From Chrysomallon squamiferum (taxonomy: Eukaryota; Animalia; Mollusca): DNA of 64,000 bases. The position numbers were made by a program, and so were the translations under genes. Below, piece after piece: positions 13,291-24,998 of this stretch. The notes under the pieces are model-generated. The model had not been told where the DNA came from. It did not search any database and was given only the letters and a program-made list of their open reading frames with translations. The stretch covers positions 8,370,001 through 8,434,000 of the forward strand of contig CM022673.1 in the NCBI GenBank assembly GCA_012295275.1, read 5' to 3'. Every line of letters starts with the position of its first letter. Position 1 is the stretch's first letter.

Positions 13291-16283
13291 AACTTGTTAA
13301 TGTATTGCTAATGTTATATACAATTTAGAAGAGATTAATCATGCAGCAGTATTCGAAAATGCCGCTCATCAGCCATTTACTTAGTTTAGAGACATGATGT
13401 ACTTTTTTTTTTAGTCTTCACGATATTAATATCGACACGAACGCACACACACACACACACACACACACACGCATGCATACGTACATATACTTACTTACAC
13501 ACATGCTTTCTCACAAACACATTATGCCAAATGCTGGCATTCACAAATGATTTAAATTCTTTGCTCTCTGTAACTCATCTTTGCTAATAATGAAGTATAT
13601 GACAATGAAATGAGGCTTACATTGTCTTTTTTTTTTATCATGATGTCTTTTCGTATTAGCAAAAGTTGATAATTAAAAAGTAATCCAATTTTCTCTCAGA
13701 AATGTATAAAACATATTTAACTGTTTGTATGACCAACAGTACGGTTTAAATAGCAATTAGTTAATATTTACGGGTGATAACTACTGCCATATGTGCCTGT
13801 TCAGAAAAACTGATTATTTCCCTTGCGGCATTCGCCTCTTACATCAGTTGGGACAGATTATTCCATTTTGTATTATGTATACAGAATGCAAAAAAAAAAA
13901 AAAAAATTATATAAATATAAAAATAAACGCTATCACAATGAAGTGAAACATGAGAATGGACTACAAATCAGCAAAAGATAAAGAGATCCTGGAAGGGAAT
14001 TATCTGGTTAGAACATCCACAGTTGGAGATTATCTGCTTTCGAGAGGAAATATTAGGTGTCTGAAAAGTTTCTCTGGAACCTGGATCTGAATCGTAACCC
14101 TAACATCGAAACAACATGTTGAGGTGAAGGATAAACTGAACAGTTTAGACCGGTGTTTTCCGAAAAGAATGAGTGCACACACTGTTATTAATGGTAACGT
14201 GAAGACTGATGTATTAGCGAAAACTACTCTGTTAGTTACCAACGTATTTGTGTTACTTGTTAAACATTGCATCATCCTGTTTTAAGTACAAATAAGACTA
14301 TTAAGTTAATGTAACTTTATGGATTGTAAATTAGATCCTACAGTAAATGCAAAAGGTTTAAATATATAAAATGTCAAATGCCAAATGCAAAGAGAATCTT
14401 TTAAAATGGTGGTTGCTGATTTCACACACACACACAAACACACACACACACGTATATCAATATTACATCATTTGCATATTATTCTTATTATTGTTGTTGT
14501 TGTTGTTGTTGTAGTTATCTGCATAAAGAATATTTTACAGAAACTGGGGTGTTATTTGTATTTAATAAATATAATTAAAAAGCCAAGCTATTATATTTTA
14601 ATCACAAAAACTCGCATGCTGAATGGAATGGTCAATAAATCTTTTTAAACTGCCCCTCTTTATAAAGACTCCAGGTACATAAACCTGATATGAAACGGTC
14701 CCTTGTTCAATACTACGTCTGTGTTTGCCACGTTCCTCGTAAACATCCGCCAAATATCGTCATAAATATGACGTTAGTCACTGAAGATACGTCACAGCCG
14801 ATAGCCAAATTGTTACTGGACAAATGTCACAGCGACCGAGGAGGTAGCAGACACTTTTGTTTTTAATGTATATTATTATAACATTCATAAACATTTCGTT
14901 TGAAATAAAGTAATGTTTCGAAAGATATATTCCGTGTAAGACTTTGACCTATTTTCGACTATCGATATTGTCGATGAAACTTGTTAGGCAGAACAAGAAT
15001 TTTCCATAAAATATAACACTTGTATAAACACTTAAAATATTACGTTTTCGATTGAGTGATGTTGATATATGTATATACAAAATGCACAGAACTGGAGGTT
15101 TCACAGGATGTGTGCCTCAATATTCATTATCGGGGCCTATCATCTGTTAATAATCAGTATAATGTCATTCATTTAATATTCAAAGATACATCTGTCCTAA
15201 TGATCGTATCTCCAGTTTCCAAAATCCTGAACCAGCACTTGTGATTTTATTACATATGAAATTCAAAATGCACTGAAATATGTATGATATCAAGGCGACT
15301 TATATTTTATGTTTTTACAATAATAAAAGTAAATACAATAACTGTAATGCTGTGTTGAAAGTTATGCTTATTCGATTTTATACATTTTCAGGACCATTTT
15401 TATAATTCTTAAAAAATTGTGTAATTAGAAAAACAAAATTATAAAGAAATGCAGTATCTACTAATGAAAAATAGTTATATATGCATACATGTGTCTGTTT
15501 TTGTGTGTCTGTGTGTGTATATGTGTGAATAAATCTACATAAAAACGTAAATAACCGTGCAGAGGATATTATGAAACATATTCTCTGTGTGTGAGTGCTC
15601 GCAGTTGTGTTCATGATAAGAATCTGTGTGTGTGTGAATTAACGCAGTCTGGAGATCAATGGATGAAGAAACATACAAGATACACAACCGTGAAGAAAAT
15701 AAAATGAATATGAAAAGGATAGATGTGTATAGCCTACATGTTTGAGTGCGCGCATATATGCCGCACTGGTTTCAACAAACTTAACCATAACAAATTCCGT
15801 ACGTGTGTCCTTATAGCTCGACATCACACTGTGAGGCTGTGAATTAAAAAAATGTCATCTGAGATTTTCCTGTCGAGTTTAATGTAAACAAAACTGGATA
15901 CATTTTCATTCATAATTTCGTGTGACGGCCACTGGTGTGTTTTTGTTGTGTGTTTCTTCTTTTTTAAAGTGATAGCCGAATTGTTGTTTTTTTTTTTTTT
16001 TTTTTTTTTTTTTTGAAGACTGTCTATATTTATTTGTCAGTGTGAAGCACCAGTCACCCTACATATGTTTTTTTTTTTTTTTTTTTTTTATTTTTTTTTT
16101 TTTTTTTTTTTTTTGTTTAAACTAACCCTCTAATGATTGTACTAAGGCTGTCCCGTATTCTTGGACATTCAGTTTTGACTCTTTGAATTATTGTATTATT
16201 GTGCTACATTACAAAATATTTATTCTCTCACTATCCATTCTTCCTTTCTCTCCCAGAACTCTCCTCCCTTCCTCTTCTTCCTT

Positions 16284-16292
<9 letters not shown>

Positions 16293-16363
<71 letters not shown>
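16293..16363. repeat. (CT)n microsatellite
   Basis: Directly visible. Confidence 0.97.
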
Positions 16364-16367
<4 letters not shown>

Positions 16368-16857
16368 CCCCATTTACATGCATTTGCCCTTTGTCTGGAG
16401 GTTTAACTGATTTAAAATAAGTTTCTCATTTTAAGACAAACAACATTAAAATGCGGAATAAAAGCACAGTTCTTCTAAAACACTGTGTAAGCACCAGTAT
16501 TTGCATAAAAGTATATAGGGCACTGTTCGACATTATTTCAATTTCGCTTCAAAACCATTCTCTCATCTAGGCTATTTCTGAAGTTTTATGATTCCACTCT
16601 GCTCCTATCCCAGATTTCATCTAGCTGTATTTCTATAATGATCGGGAACAATTGGCCATTGGCCTAGAATGGACGGACGGAGATTTTGCCGTGTAGGAAA
16701 CAAGATTGATGACACGGTGGTCGGATAATTTGCTTGTCATGATAAGGATAAAAGGATTAAAACTAATCCTGGTTAATGAGCCGATAACCTTAAAAAAAAA
16801 AAGCGCCTTCTTGATATCCATGTGTTGGAGAGGACGTGATCTTTCACGTTATTGTTA

Positions 16858-16924
<67 letters not shown>

Positions 16925-18984
16925 GAAATTTACTATTAATACATTTTTTTTTTTTTTTTTTAATTTCTATGTTATGACTTCTTTGTCACGAAGCAGAAAC
17001 TAAAGAACGTTTCGTGTTTTTATGATATACAGGGTTTATTTTTTTAACCTAAAAGATGACAGTCTTTGTTTAAGAACGAATAGCATGAGATATAGTAACC
17101 AGTGTCAAGCATTATTATTATTATTATTATTATTTTGTTGTTGTTGTTGTTGATAATGCTTTTTTGTTGTTGTTGTTGTTGTTGTTCTTCTTCTTCTTCT
17201 TTTCAACATTATCACCATCACCATGTATTATCATTATTGATGTTTTTGTTATTTTCTTCGAAATCGTCATTTTATCATTAGTTTTGATTAATTAGTAAAT
17301 TCCTATTACAGATTTGAATAACTATCATGGCTCCTTTTAAATATCAAGCTACGATCAGACCACCTCAGTTTTCAGAAACTTTTTATTAAAAATTTAACTC
17401 ACCAGTAGATCCATGCTGGCATCATCGGTATAATGATTAATGTCTTGTCATAGTTCGCTGTTGTTAAATACGTCTTCTATGGAAACATAACAGTTGAATT
17501 TGTGTGGTCTATATCAGTGTGTTATTTAGAGGTGTAAGCCATTTTTGCTTCTTTTTTTAAAAATACTAATACTTTTTTTTTATGATCCATCAATTGACTG
17601 TAAGCCAAGTTCCCGCAGAGATTGAATAAAAAAAAACCCTGTATACACCCAAATTATTGTTTTGTTTGTTATTATGAACATAACAATAACATAACCCTGG
17701 TATTAGACCCTAGAAGAAACCATTTAAGATTTTTTTTTACAAGACGTCATTCCCGTATACAAAATGTAAGAAAGAATTCAGACAAGACAATTTTACAATG
17801 ATTTACTCAGTTTCTATACGAAATAAAGTGCGAAAAGGGCAGAATGGTTCATCCTAAACGAAGAAAAATATTATTATGCTATCAAACTTTGTTGTTAGAA
17901 AAGATTGGTCGCCTATAACGTGACGAATGAATTAAATAATACTGCAGTTGTTTAGAGCAATGAACAAAGAAAGCACATCTAAATAAAGATAATAATTTTT
18001 TTAAATAACAAAGCAACACTATAACAAGACTAGTACTACTAATACTAATACTACTACTACTACTGATACTGATACTGATGCCCCAAAAAGCTGATGATAT
18101 TAAAAAAATAATTTAAAAAGAAACAGTCTGTTCAAGGGGCGTAAAACGCCTAACAAATGTACGTCCTTGGCCCATACACCTCTGTTAAAAGAACAAAGTG
18201 TGTAAAGAACGATTGATGTCATTTTTTTTCTTTCTTTTTTTAATAAGCAGTCTATTTCATTCTTCTTCTTCTTCTTCTTTCTTTTTTTTTTATCGTTAAC
18301 ATCTTTGTATGTGTTTCGCTCTCTTTTTGTTTGACACAAGCGACGGGTAAATTGTGCACCGTGCTTTGTCGTCTGCACATCGTAGTGAAAAGCGCCACAA
18401 GGGACTGAAATAACGAATAATAGCCGTTACGATAACCTCCCTCAGATCACTGCCGACCTTTCTTCGGGTTAATGACCTTCAGGCAGCTGTTGTGTTAATC
18501 TTGTTTTGTTAGAAGCCTAAGCCATTATCAGATAAAAAAGAAAATTTCTTTCTTAAAACCAGTTTCAGATGTGCCATGAACGTTAGAACAAGAAATCGAT
18601 ACATCTGTTGGAAGACATCGTAAATAGGCCACACGAAACAAAGTGTAATTTTTTTTTTTTTTTTTTTTTTTTTTGTCATTGTTCCCTAGTGCCTTACTTT
18701 GTGTTTGTTCCAGAATGAATAACTAACCAATTTCATTTCGCGGACGTATGTCTAAATTAACATAAATTCAAAATAATATTGTGTTTTTATTATAGAATTT
18801 TGTAATATTATTAAAAAAAAAAAAAATAAAAATAGAATTGATACAGAACTCATAACAAGTATAACAAGTAGTTTGCATAATAACAGTTTGATCTTCTAGG
18901 ACTAATATATTATAACAGTTTAATCCTTAAAATAGATTTTAAAATGTTTAATATATATATTTTTAAAATCTGCTCCATAAAATG

Positions 18985-19020
<36 letters not shown>

Positions 19021-20804
19021 TGATAATGATGATGATGACGATGATAATGATAATAATAATAATAATGGCGGAACATTTTATCGAATTTAAGCTACTACAC
19101 CACAGCTACCACTACTACTACTATTACTACTGCTGCTGCTACTATTACAACCACTACTACTATACTACATTTTTTTTTATAACTACTTCAGTGACTACTA
19201 TCTCTACTGCCATTATTATAATGATAACAACTACTACTGCAATAAGTAATACTACAACTAAAACTTCTACTACTAGTATTTCTACTGCTTCTGTTAACAT
19301 TGCTACAAATAATGATAATAAAAGACAAATATGTTTACACGTATAACAATTAATTAATAAAATATCTTCATGTTTTTTATCGACACCAGTAAAACTTGTT
19401 CAGAGGCAGTAGCACTGACTGTAATAACCAAGCTGTTTTAATTTACAATTAAAATAACATTTTAAAATTTTAACGTCATTCATCATAACTCAAAAGTCAA
19501 AGGACATCAAAATAAAAATATTCACGTAGGCATCTTACAAATAGAAAATAAATACGTTGTTACATCATAATAAAGTTCGTGTTTTTGCATCTGTTTATAT
19601 ATTGCATCAACTTATATAAATAAATATATGTATATAAAAGGAGGGGGTGAAAAAGTAAAAAGATAATAAGAATGAGTGAGAAAGAAAGGAATTAAAAGCA
19701 TTTAAAAAAACACAAACAAAAACGAAACCTCAGAAAAATAGCATAAAGAATAAAATAAAAAAAAGAAGGAAGAAAGAAAGAAAGAAAAAAAAAAAAAAAA
19801 AAAGAAAGAAAGAAAAGAAAAGAAAGAAAGAAGGAAGGAAAGAAAAAACAACAACAAAAAAACAGAAGATAAAAAAGGTCAATTGTGAAAGGATATTGAC
19901 CTACATGTGTTAAGAAGTAAAGCTGTTTCATTATCTGACGTAAGCAGTGTTTAGAATTGCCTCGGACCATGACAAAACTGTTCTGTGTGTTTTGTACGGG
20001 TCGAAAGCCACGGCCCATAACTTTGTACCTCGGAGCAGTCTGTTGAAATCCAACCATCCATTCATCAGTTAATCCTTTAAGAACGCTCCCCGGGTGGAAC
20101 TCCTGACTAATTGTCGGGGATTCCTTCACTTTGTGATACTCCCAGGCCATATACGTTTTTTTTTTTTTTTTTTTTATAGTTTGTTTGTGTTTATGTCTCT
20201 GTGTGTTTTTGTGTATATATATGTATATGTTTATGTGTTAGGGCGCATGCGTGTGTGTATACATAGCAGAAATACAAAGTATTTCTATGTTGAAGAGAGA
20301 AAGAATTTTATCCAAAAGAAATATACGTTTTATTATTTTATTTTTAAATCGTTTTTATATATGAGAGATGAAAGCAACTGCAGCTACTTCGTGAGAACGT
20401 ACATTGACCAACAGCAAGAGATGAAGTGATACTGATTTTTTTTTTTTTTTTCTCTTCTGAATAGGCTCCAGACGTAAACGTGTTAAAAATAATGCTTATT
20501 AATATTTTCACCTTGTGGGAGAAAAAAAAAAAAAAAAAAAAAAAATTGTAATGTTAAACATTTCTTTTATATGCAGATGGAGTCTACGTGACGTTGTGGT
20601 GTGTGCCCCTACGTACTAATCGGAAAGAAAATGTATTCTAATCACGTATGTAAAAGTACTGCTATTTGTATTTTGAAAAATAATGTCAGTGAGGATGTTT
20701 CGCAATCGTAGGTTTATGTTTCTTTTGATTCCCAAGGCAAGTTATAGCGATTTAATAGGAGTGGTAGTAGTAGTAGTGGTGGTGGTGGTGGTGGTGGTGG
20801 TGGT

Positions 20805-20843
<39 letters not shown>

Positions 20844-20940
20844 TAGACATAGTAGTAATAATAAACAAATTCACTTTCTACTTAAGTATATTTCTAAACG
20901 TCTTCAGTATACATAAATAATGTATTATAATTACAAAAAC

Positions 20941-21031
20941 TACGTCATGAATATTATTACGTCATAAACATCATTATGTCATAACAATAATATGGCATTC
21001 AAATGTTTACGTCATTAAAACGTATACGTCA
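20941..21031. repeat. 17-bp-period array of TACGTCA-like motifs (6 units)
   Basis: TACGTCA at 20941, 20958, 21008 and 21025; variants TATGTCA at 20975 and TATGGCA at 20991. Confidence 0.75.
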
Positions 21032-22758
21032 CAACATGAAACAAAATCTTTTAAATGTTTTTTAGAATAACTAAGACAATTGATTTTATTACTTTATGTT
21101 CGAAAAGCAACAACATTGTCTCTATTTTTTTTTTAAAACAACATGAAAAATACAATATTAGCTGTACTTTGATAATTTCGAATGAATGTTCCGTTTGATT
21201 CATTTTCACTCACATATTACTATTGCATTACCATAATGAAATAGAGTTTACCCTGCATTATAGATCATAACGTGTGTATTATGTATATATGCATGCATGT
21301 GTGTATGTGTCTGTATGTGTGTGTGTGTTTATTTATGCACATGTTTATATGAATGCATGCATTTATGTCTGTCTGTCTGTATATGTGTGTATATTTATGA
21401 GTGTATACGAAGGTGCATATGCATGTATGCATATACTGTATTTAATAATAATTTATTAATCAGTGAATCAGTGAAAAATAACTTAAACACATGATATCAA
21501 TACTATTACATTAAGAGTAATAATTTTTTTTTTTTTTTTTACGTGTTACTTACAGAACAATCATTATCACAATAATACAGCGCTTTTTTATTTTTATTTT
21601 TATTTTTTTTTTATTATAATAGCCCGGTGTTTTCCATATCAATTGTGACAATTTCCTGAATAATTTAATAACTCATTTTTAAATCACCCATTCGTCCGTT
21701 TCTCCGTCGACTCAAACTTGTGTCCGTCCATTCACTGTAACTCCGCCATCCTCACCCATCTGTTATCTATTCGTCAGTTCATCCACCCTTCCATTTATCC
21801 CTTCAACCGTTCACAAATCTCTCCATACATAGTTCCATCTGTTCATCAGTCGATCCATGTAATTTTACATATATTAATCTATCGAATATCTAAATGGAAA
21901 TTTGAAACGTAATCGAGACAGCTATAACCACACAGTGTATCGAGTTACAAAACAAACAATAATAATATTATTACATTTTTTTTGCATTAAATAGTCCAGA
22001 TCAGTAACATAGAAAACGAATTTAATTTTCAATGTTTCTGTGTGTGGACGCGATTTTCTTGTTTCCTTTAAATTTGTGAAATTTAAGTATATTATAGAGA
22101 TATGTGGCCATAAATAAATAATTTTTTTTTTTTTTTTTTTTTGTTTGTTTTTTTTTTTGTAATATTCTACGCTGTAACTAATAACAACGAAAAAATCAGT
22201 TTGATATATTTCTATAAAGATCTCAGGGAGGCTGGCTCTGCCTTCCAATTCCCATTCATTTCAACAGAAAACATTATATAGTTAATAACATTTTCCTTAT
22301 ATACATTACTATGTATAAATTACTGGGTGTTTTTATTTTTTAATGATTAAAGTTGTGAAATATAAGGAATTTCTGCTGACCATTGCTATCAACCTGAAAC
22401 TAATGCACAGCATTAAAAACGGTAAAAATATTATGCCACTTTATTTTCAGTGTCTTTAAAAGTATGAATTTTTTTTTTAATGTAAAATTTATTATTATTA
22501 TTATTATTATTATTCGTTTTTTTTTTTTTATTAATATTTTTTTTTTTAGGTCCTTGTTGTTTTAACAACTGCTATTTTTGATGGTATACGATTATGGCTG
22601 TCATAATATCGTAGCAGATGCTTTTTAATTACGAAAGTCCCATCTCCTAAAAAAGTAACTAAATATCATATCCTTCAGTTTTTATTATTATTTTATTTTT
22701 TTGCTTATAATCAGAGTTATCGTTCTTAGTGCCATGTTCTAGATAAATGAAAATGCCA

Positions 22759-23216
22759 TTACCCTCGCCTGATTTTTTTCAGCCTCGTATTTATCACAAG
22801 AAAAGGCAGTCTCTTCCTTCCCTTCTTTCGTGTCTTTAGTTGCCTCAAAGGCGATTTTATAGAGTTCACAGTCTTCTTATGTCGCGGCAGGACCACTTTG
22901 ATCCGCCTTCCGCATCTTTTGCAGGCGATTCGCAGTTTGAGTTTACCCTGTGGCGGAACGAGCAGTCGCTGAATCAAGCTGATGGGCAGACTGAGCTTCT
23001 GCCATCGCGTCTTTTTCACTCTAGTCCTGAGATAGGTCAGCAGAGTCTGTCCCTTGTCCGTCACCTGAAACACTTTGAGAACGACTCTCTTCCCGCGTTT
23101 TCGTATGCCTCTCTTCTTGATCAGTAGCCACAGGTGAGCGCTGAGCACTTCCAGGTCGTCGTGGTGGTTTCCCGTGTTGATAACGAACTGAACTAGACCG
23201 GGATCCTCTTCTTTGT
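22759..23216 (-). CDS. Gene A coding exon 2: TGF-beta prodomain arm region, ending at TAA with no mature cystine-knot domain (spliced product 273 aa)
   Basis: Acceptor catttttcag|AC at 23217 is phase-compatible with exon 1 (G+AC=Asp). Prodomain motifs SAHLWL, WQKLSL, LRIACKRC and PFLVI align collinearly with gene B exon 2. Stop follows KKIRRG. Confidence 0.88.
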
Positions 23217-23295
23217 CTGAAAAATGTTGTGATAATATTGTAGCGAATGCATTTATGCAAAAAAGATGCACAAGGACAAAATATATAATGTCTTT

Positions 23296-23394
<99 letters not shown>

Positions 23395-23395
23395 C

Positions 23396-23432
<37 letters not shown>

Positions 23433-23525
23433 TTTATATATAGCTCTCTGTATGGATGTGTCACAGATACATAAAATAAGGAAAAAAATGTGGAACACTG
23501 AATAAAAAGTAACTAGTGAATATAC
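23217..23525 (-). other. Gene A phase-1 intron (309 nt) containing a (GA)n tract
   Basis: GT at 23525-23524, AG at 23218-23217; splicing joins the two ORFs in frame. Confidence 0.85.
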
Positions 23526-23889
23526 CCAGTCTCTCTGACACGCTGAAAAACAGCGGTCCTCCTGAAGTCGGTTCCTTTGATTCCGTTACGTGCTTGTTCT
23601 TCATTCCGCCATCTTTTTTTCCATCGATAGCTCGAAGATTTGTTGTTGAAGATGGAATCGTGTTCACATTTCGGTCATGTTTCAGGCCCAATGCAAGAAG
23701 AATTCTTTGTTTGATTCTCTGGAGCCGCTGAATGTGCTCGATTTTAGCTCCTAATGGTTTTCGACAGTCGCTGCAGTTGTTGATGGAGGCGGGTATATTA
23801 AACGTTCCAGCCACAGGCAGACCAGACCAATAGGTAGCCAAGAGCAAAAGCAGACGATAGCTGTTTGGGACGGCACGTGACCACCTCAT
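23526..23889 (-). CDS. Gene A coding exon 1: signal peptide and N-terminal part of a TGF-beta-family (activin/myostatin-like) prodomain
   Basis: ATG at 23889. MRWSRAVPNSYRLLLLLATYWSGLPVAG is signal-peptide-like. CSDC followed by RLQRIKQRILLALGL matches the CxxC plus alpha1-helix motif of activin/myostatin prodomains. Ends FFSVSERL-G|gtatat (phase-1 donor at 23525). Confidence 0.88.
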
Positions 23890-23965
23890 CGCGTGCCTAT
23901 GAGACAAGCCAGACGGCCTTTGTTATTTACCTGTTTTAAAAAATAAAAAAAAATAAAAAATTAAA
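23890..23965 (-). other. Splice acceptor and 41-nt 5'UTR segment upstream of the gene A start, implying an upstream non-coding exon
   Basis: Minus strand reads a T-rich tract then ttttaaaacag|GTAAATAAC; AG at 23932-23931. Confidence 0.55.
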
Positions 23966-24719
23966 CCTTATGAAATACGTTTGGCCTGGATAAAATGGTG
24001 GAGATAAAAAATAAATAAAAAAATAAAATAACGAAATTGACAAAGATAATAAAATTCGACATTCTTTTAATACTGATAAAATTATGATAAAATAAATAAA
24101 CAAATCTCTAATTCAGTTCTGAAAATTTAATCCACAGTTAGATACGGAACAAAGACAGTAAAAAAAGAAAATACAAGAAAGGAAGCTAAATCCCATGCTA
24201 AATATTAGCAAGTGAAAGAAGAACTGAAATTAAAAATTAAAACCAATTAAATACGTTTTTAAATGACGTGAACGAAAAATCAAAAATGTATAAATCATGC
24301 CTTTGATCCCTACCTATACTGTATGCAAATCCAACTGACTGTCTGAGTAAAATAGCATCTTTATACGACACTAACAAACTTATAACAATAATTCAACAGA
24401 ATCCTTGACAAGAAATAAAGCTAATAAAGCTGCTAATGCAAACTGTTGAAGAATGACTGATACTTACTCTCTATCCTACTAACAGTTTGTTCGGATTTTG
24501 TAACGAGAAATATTTCTATTTAAAGATGTATTAATTATATTATTAATCAAACGTACACTTACGGACATTGTCCTATATAGAGAGGGAGGATTTGACTGAC
24601 TAACATCGACTGTTCATTAAAATTTTATTGTACTGGTAGCGTTGCACATACATAGGTAACATTAACAAATTGTATATGCTTATGCAAAGTGAATTCTAAT
24701 ACCTCTGAACCCCTCTACA

Positions 24720-24998
24720 GGTGTTTTTTTTTAACATTTGCCAACGATTAAGAACAACAGAGACAAAAACGGAGGAAACCTGTGGCTGTCATGCAGTTTG
24801 CAACTCTTTTTCGAGAAGCAGAAAGAATTTTTTTTTTTTATGTACCTTCCCATAAACACGAAAGGATATCAAATCCTATGATAAACAGGTCGATGAGATG
24901 ACTAGTGCTGGAAATAGAAAAAACATGTCCCCGAGAAGGATCGATGCTAAGATTAATCAAAATTCAGGCCTGCGTTCAACCGCTAAGCCACAGCTCGC
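24720..24998 (-). mobile_element. Degenerate tRNA-derived SINE
   Basis: Pol III A box TGGCTTAGCGG (24990-24980) and B-box-like GCATCGATCC (24947-24938). The body is shared with the fragment at 13188-13290 and ends in an A-rich tail. Confidence 0.6.

Noticed and set aside
19880-20150. 152-aa minus-strand ORF as a possible third exon of gene A
   Set aside because: No cystine-knot pattern, no clear acceptor, and the C-terminal half is low-complexity.
23890-23907. ORF-track start MSHRHA for gene A
   Set aside because: It begins at a TTG codon (prokaryotic start rule); the first ATG at 23889 gives a proper signal peptide.
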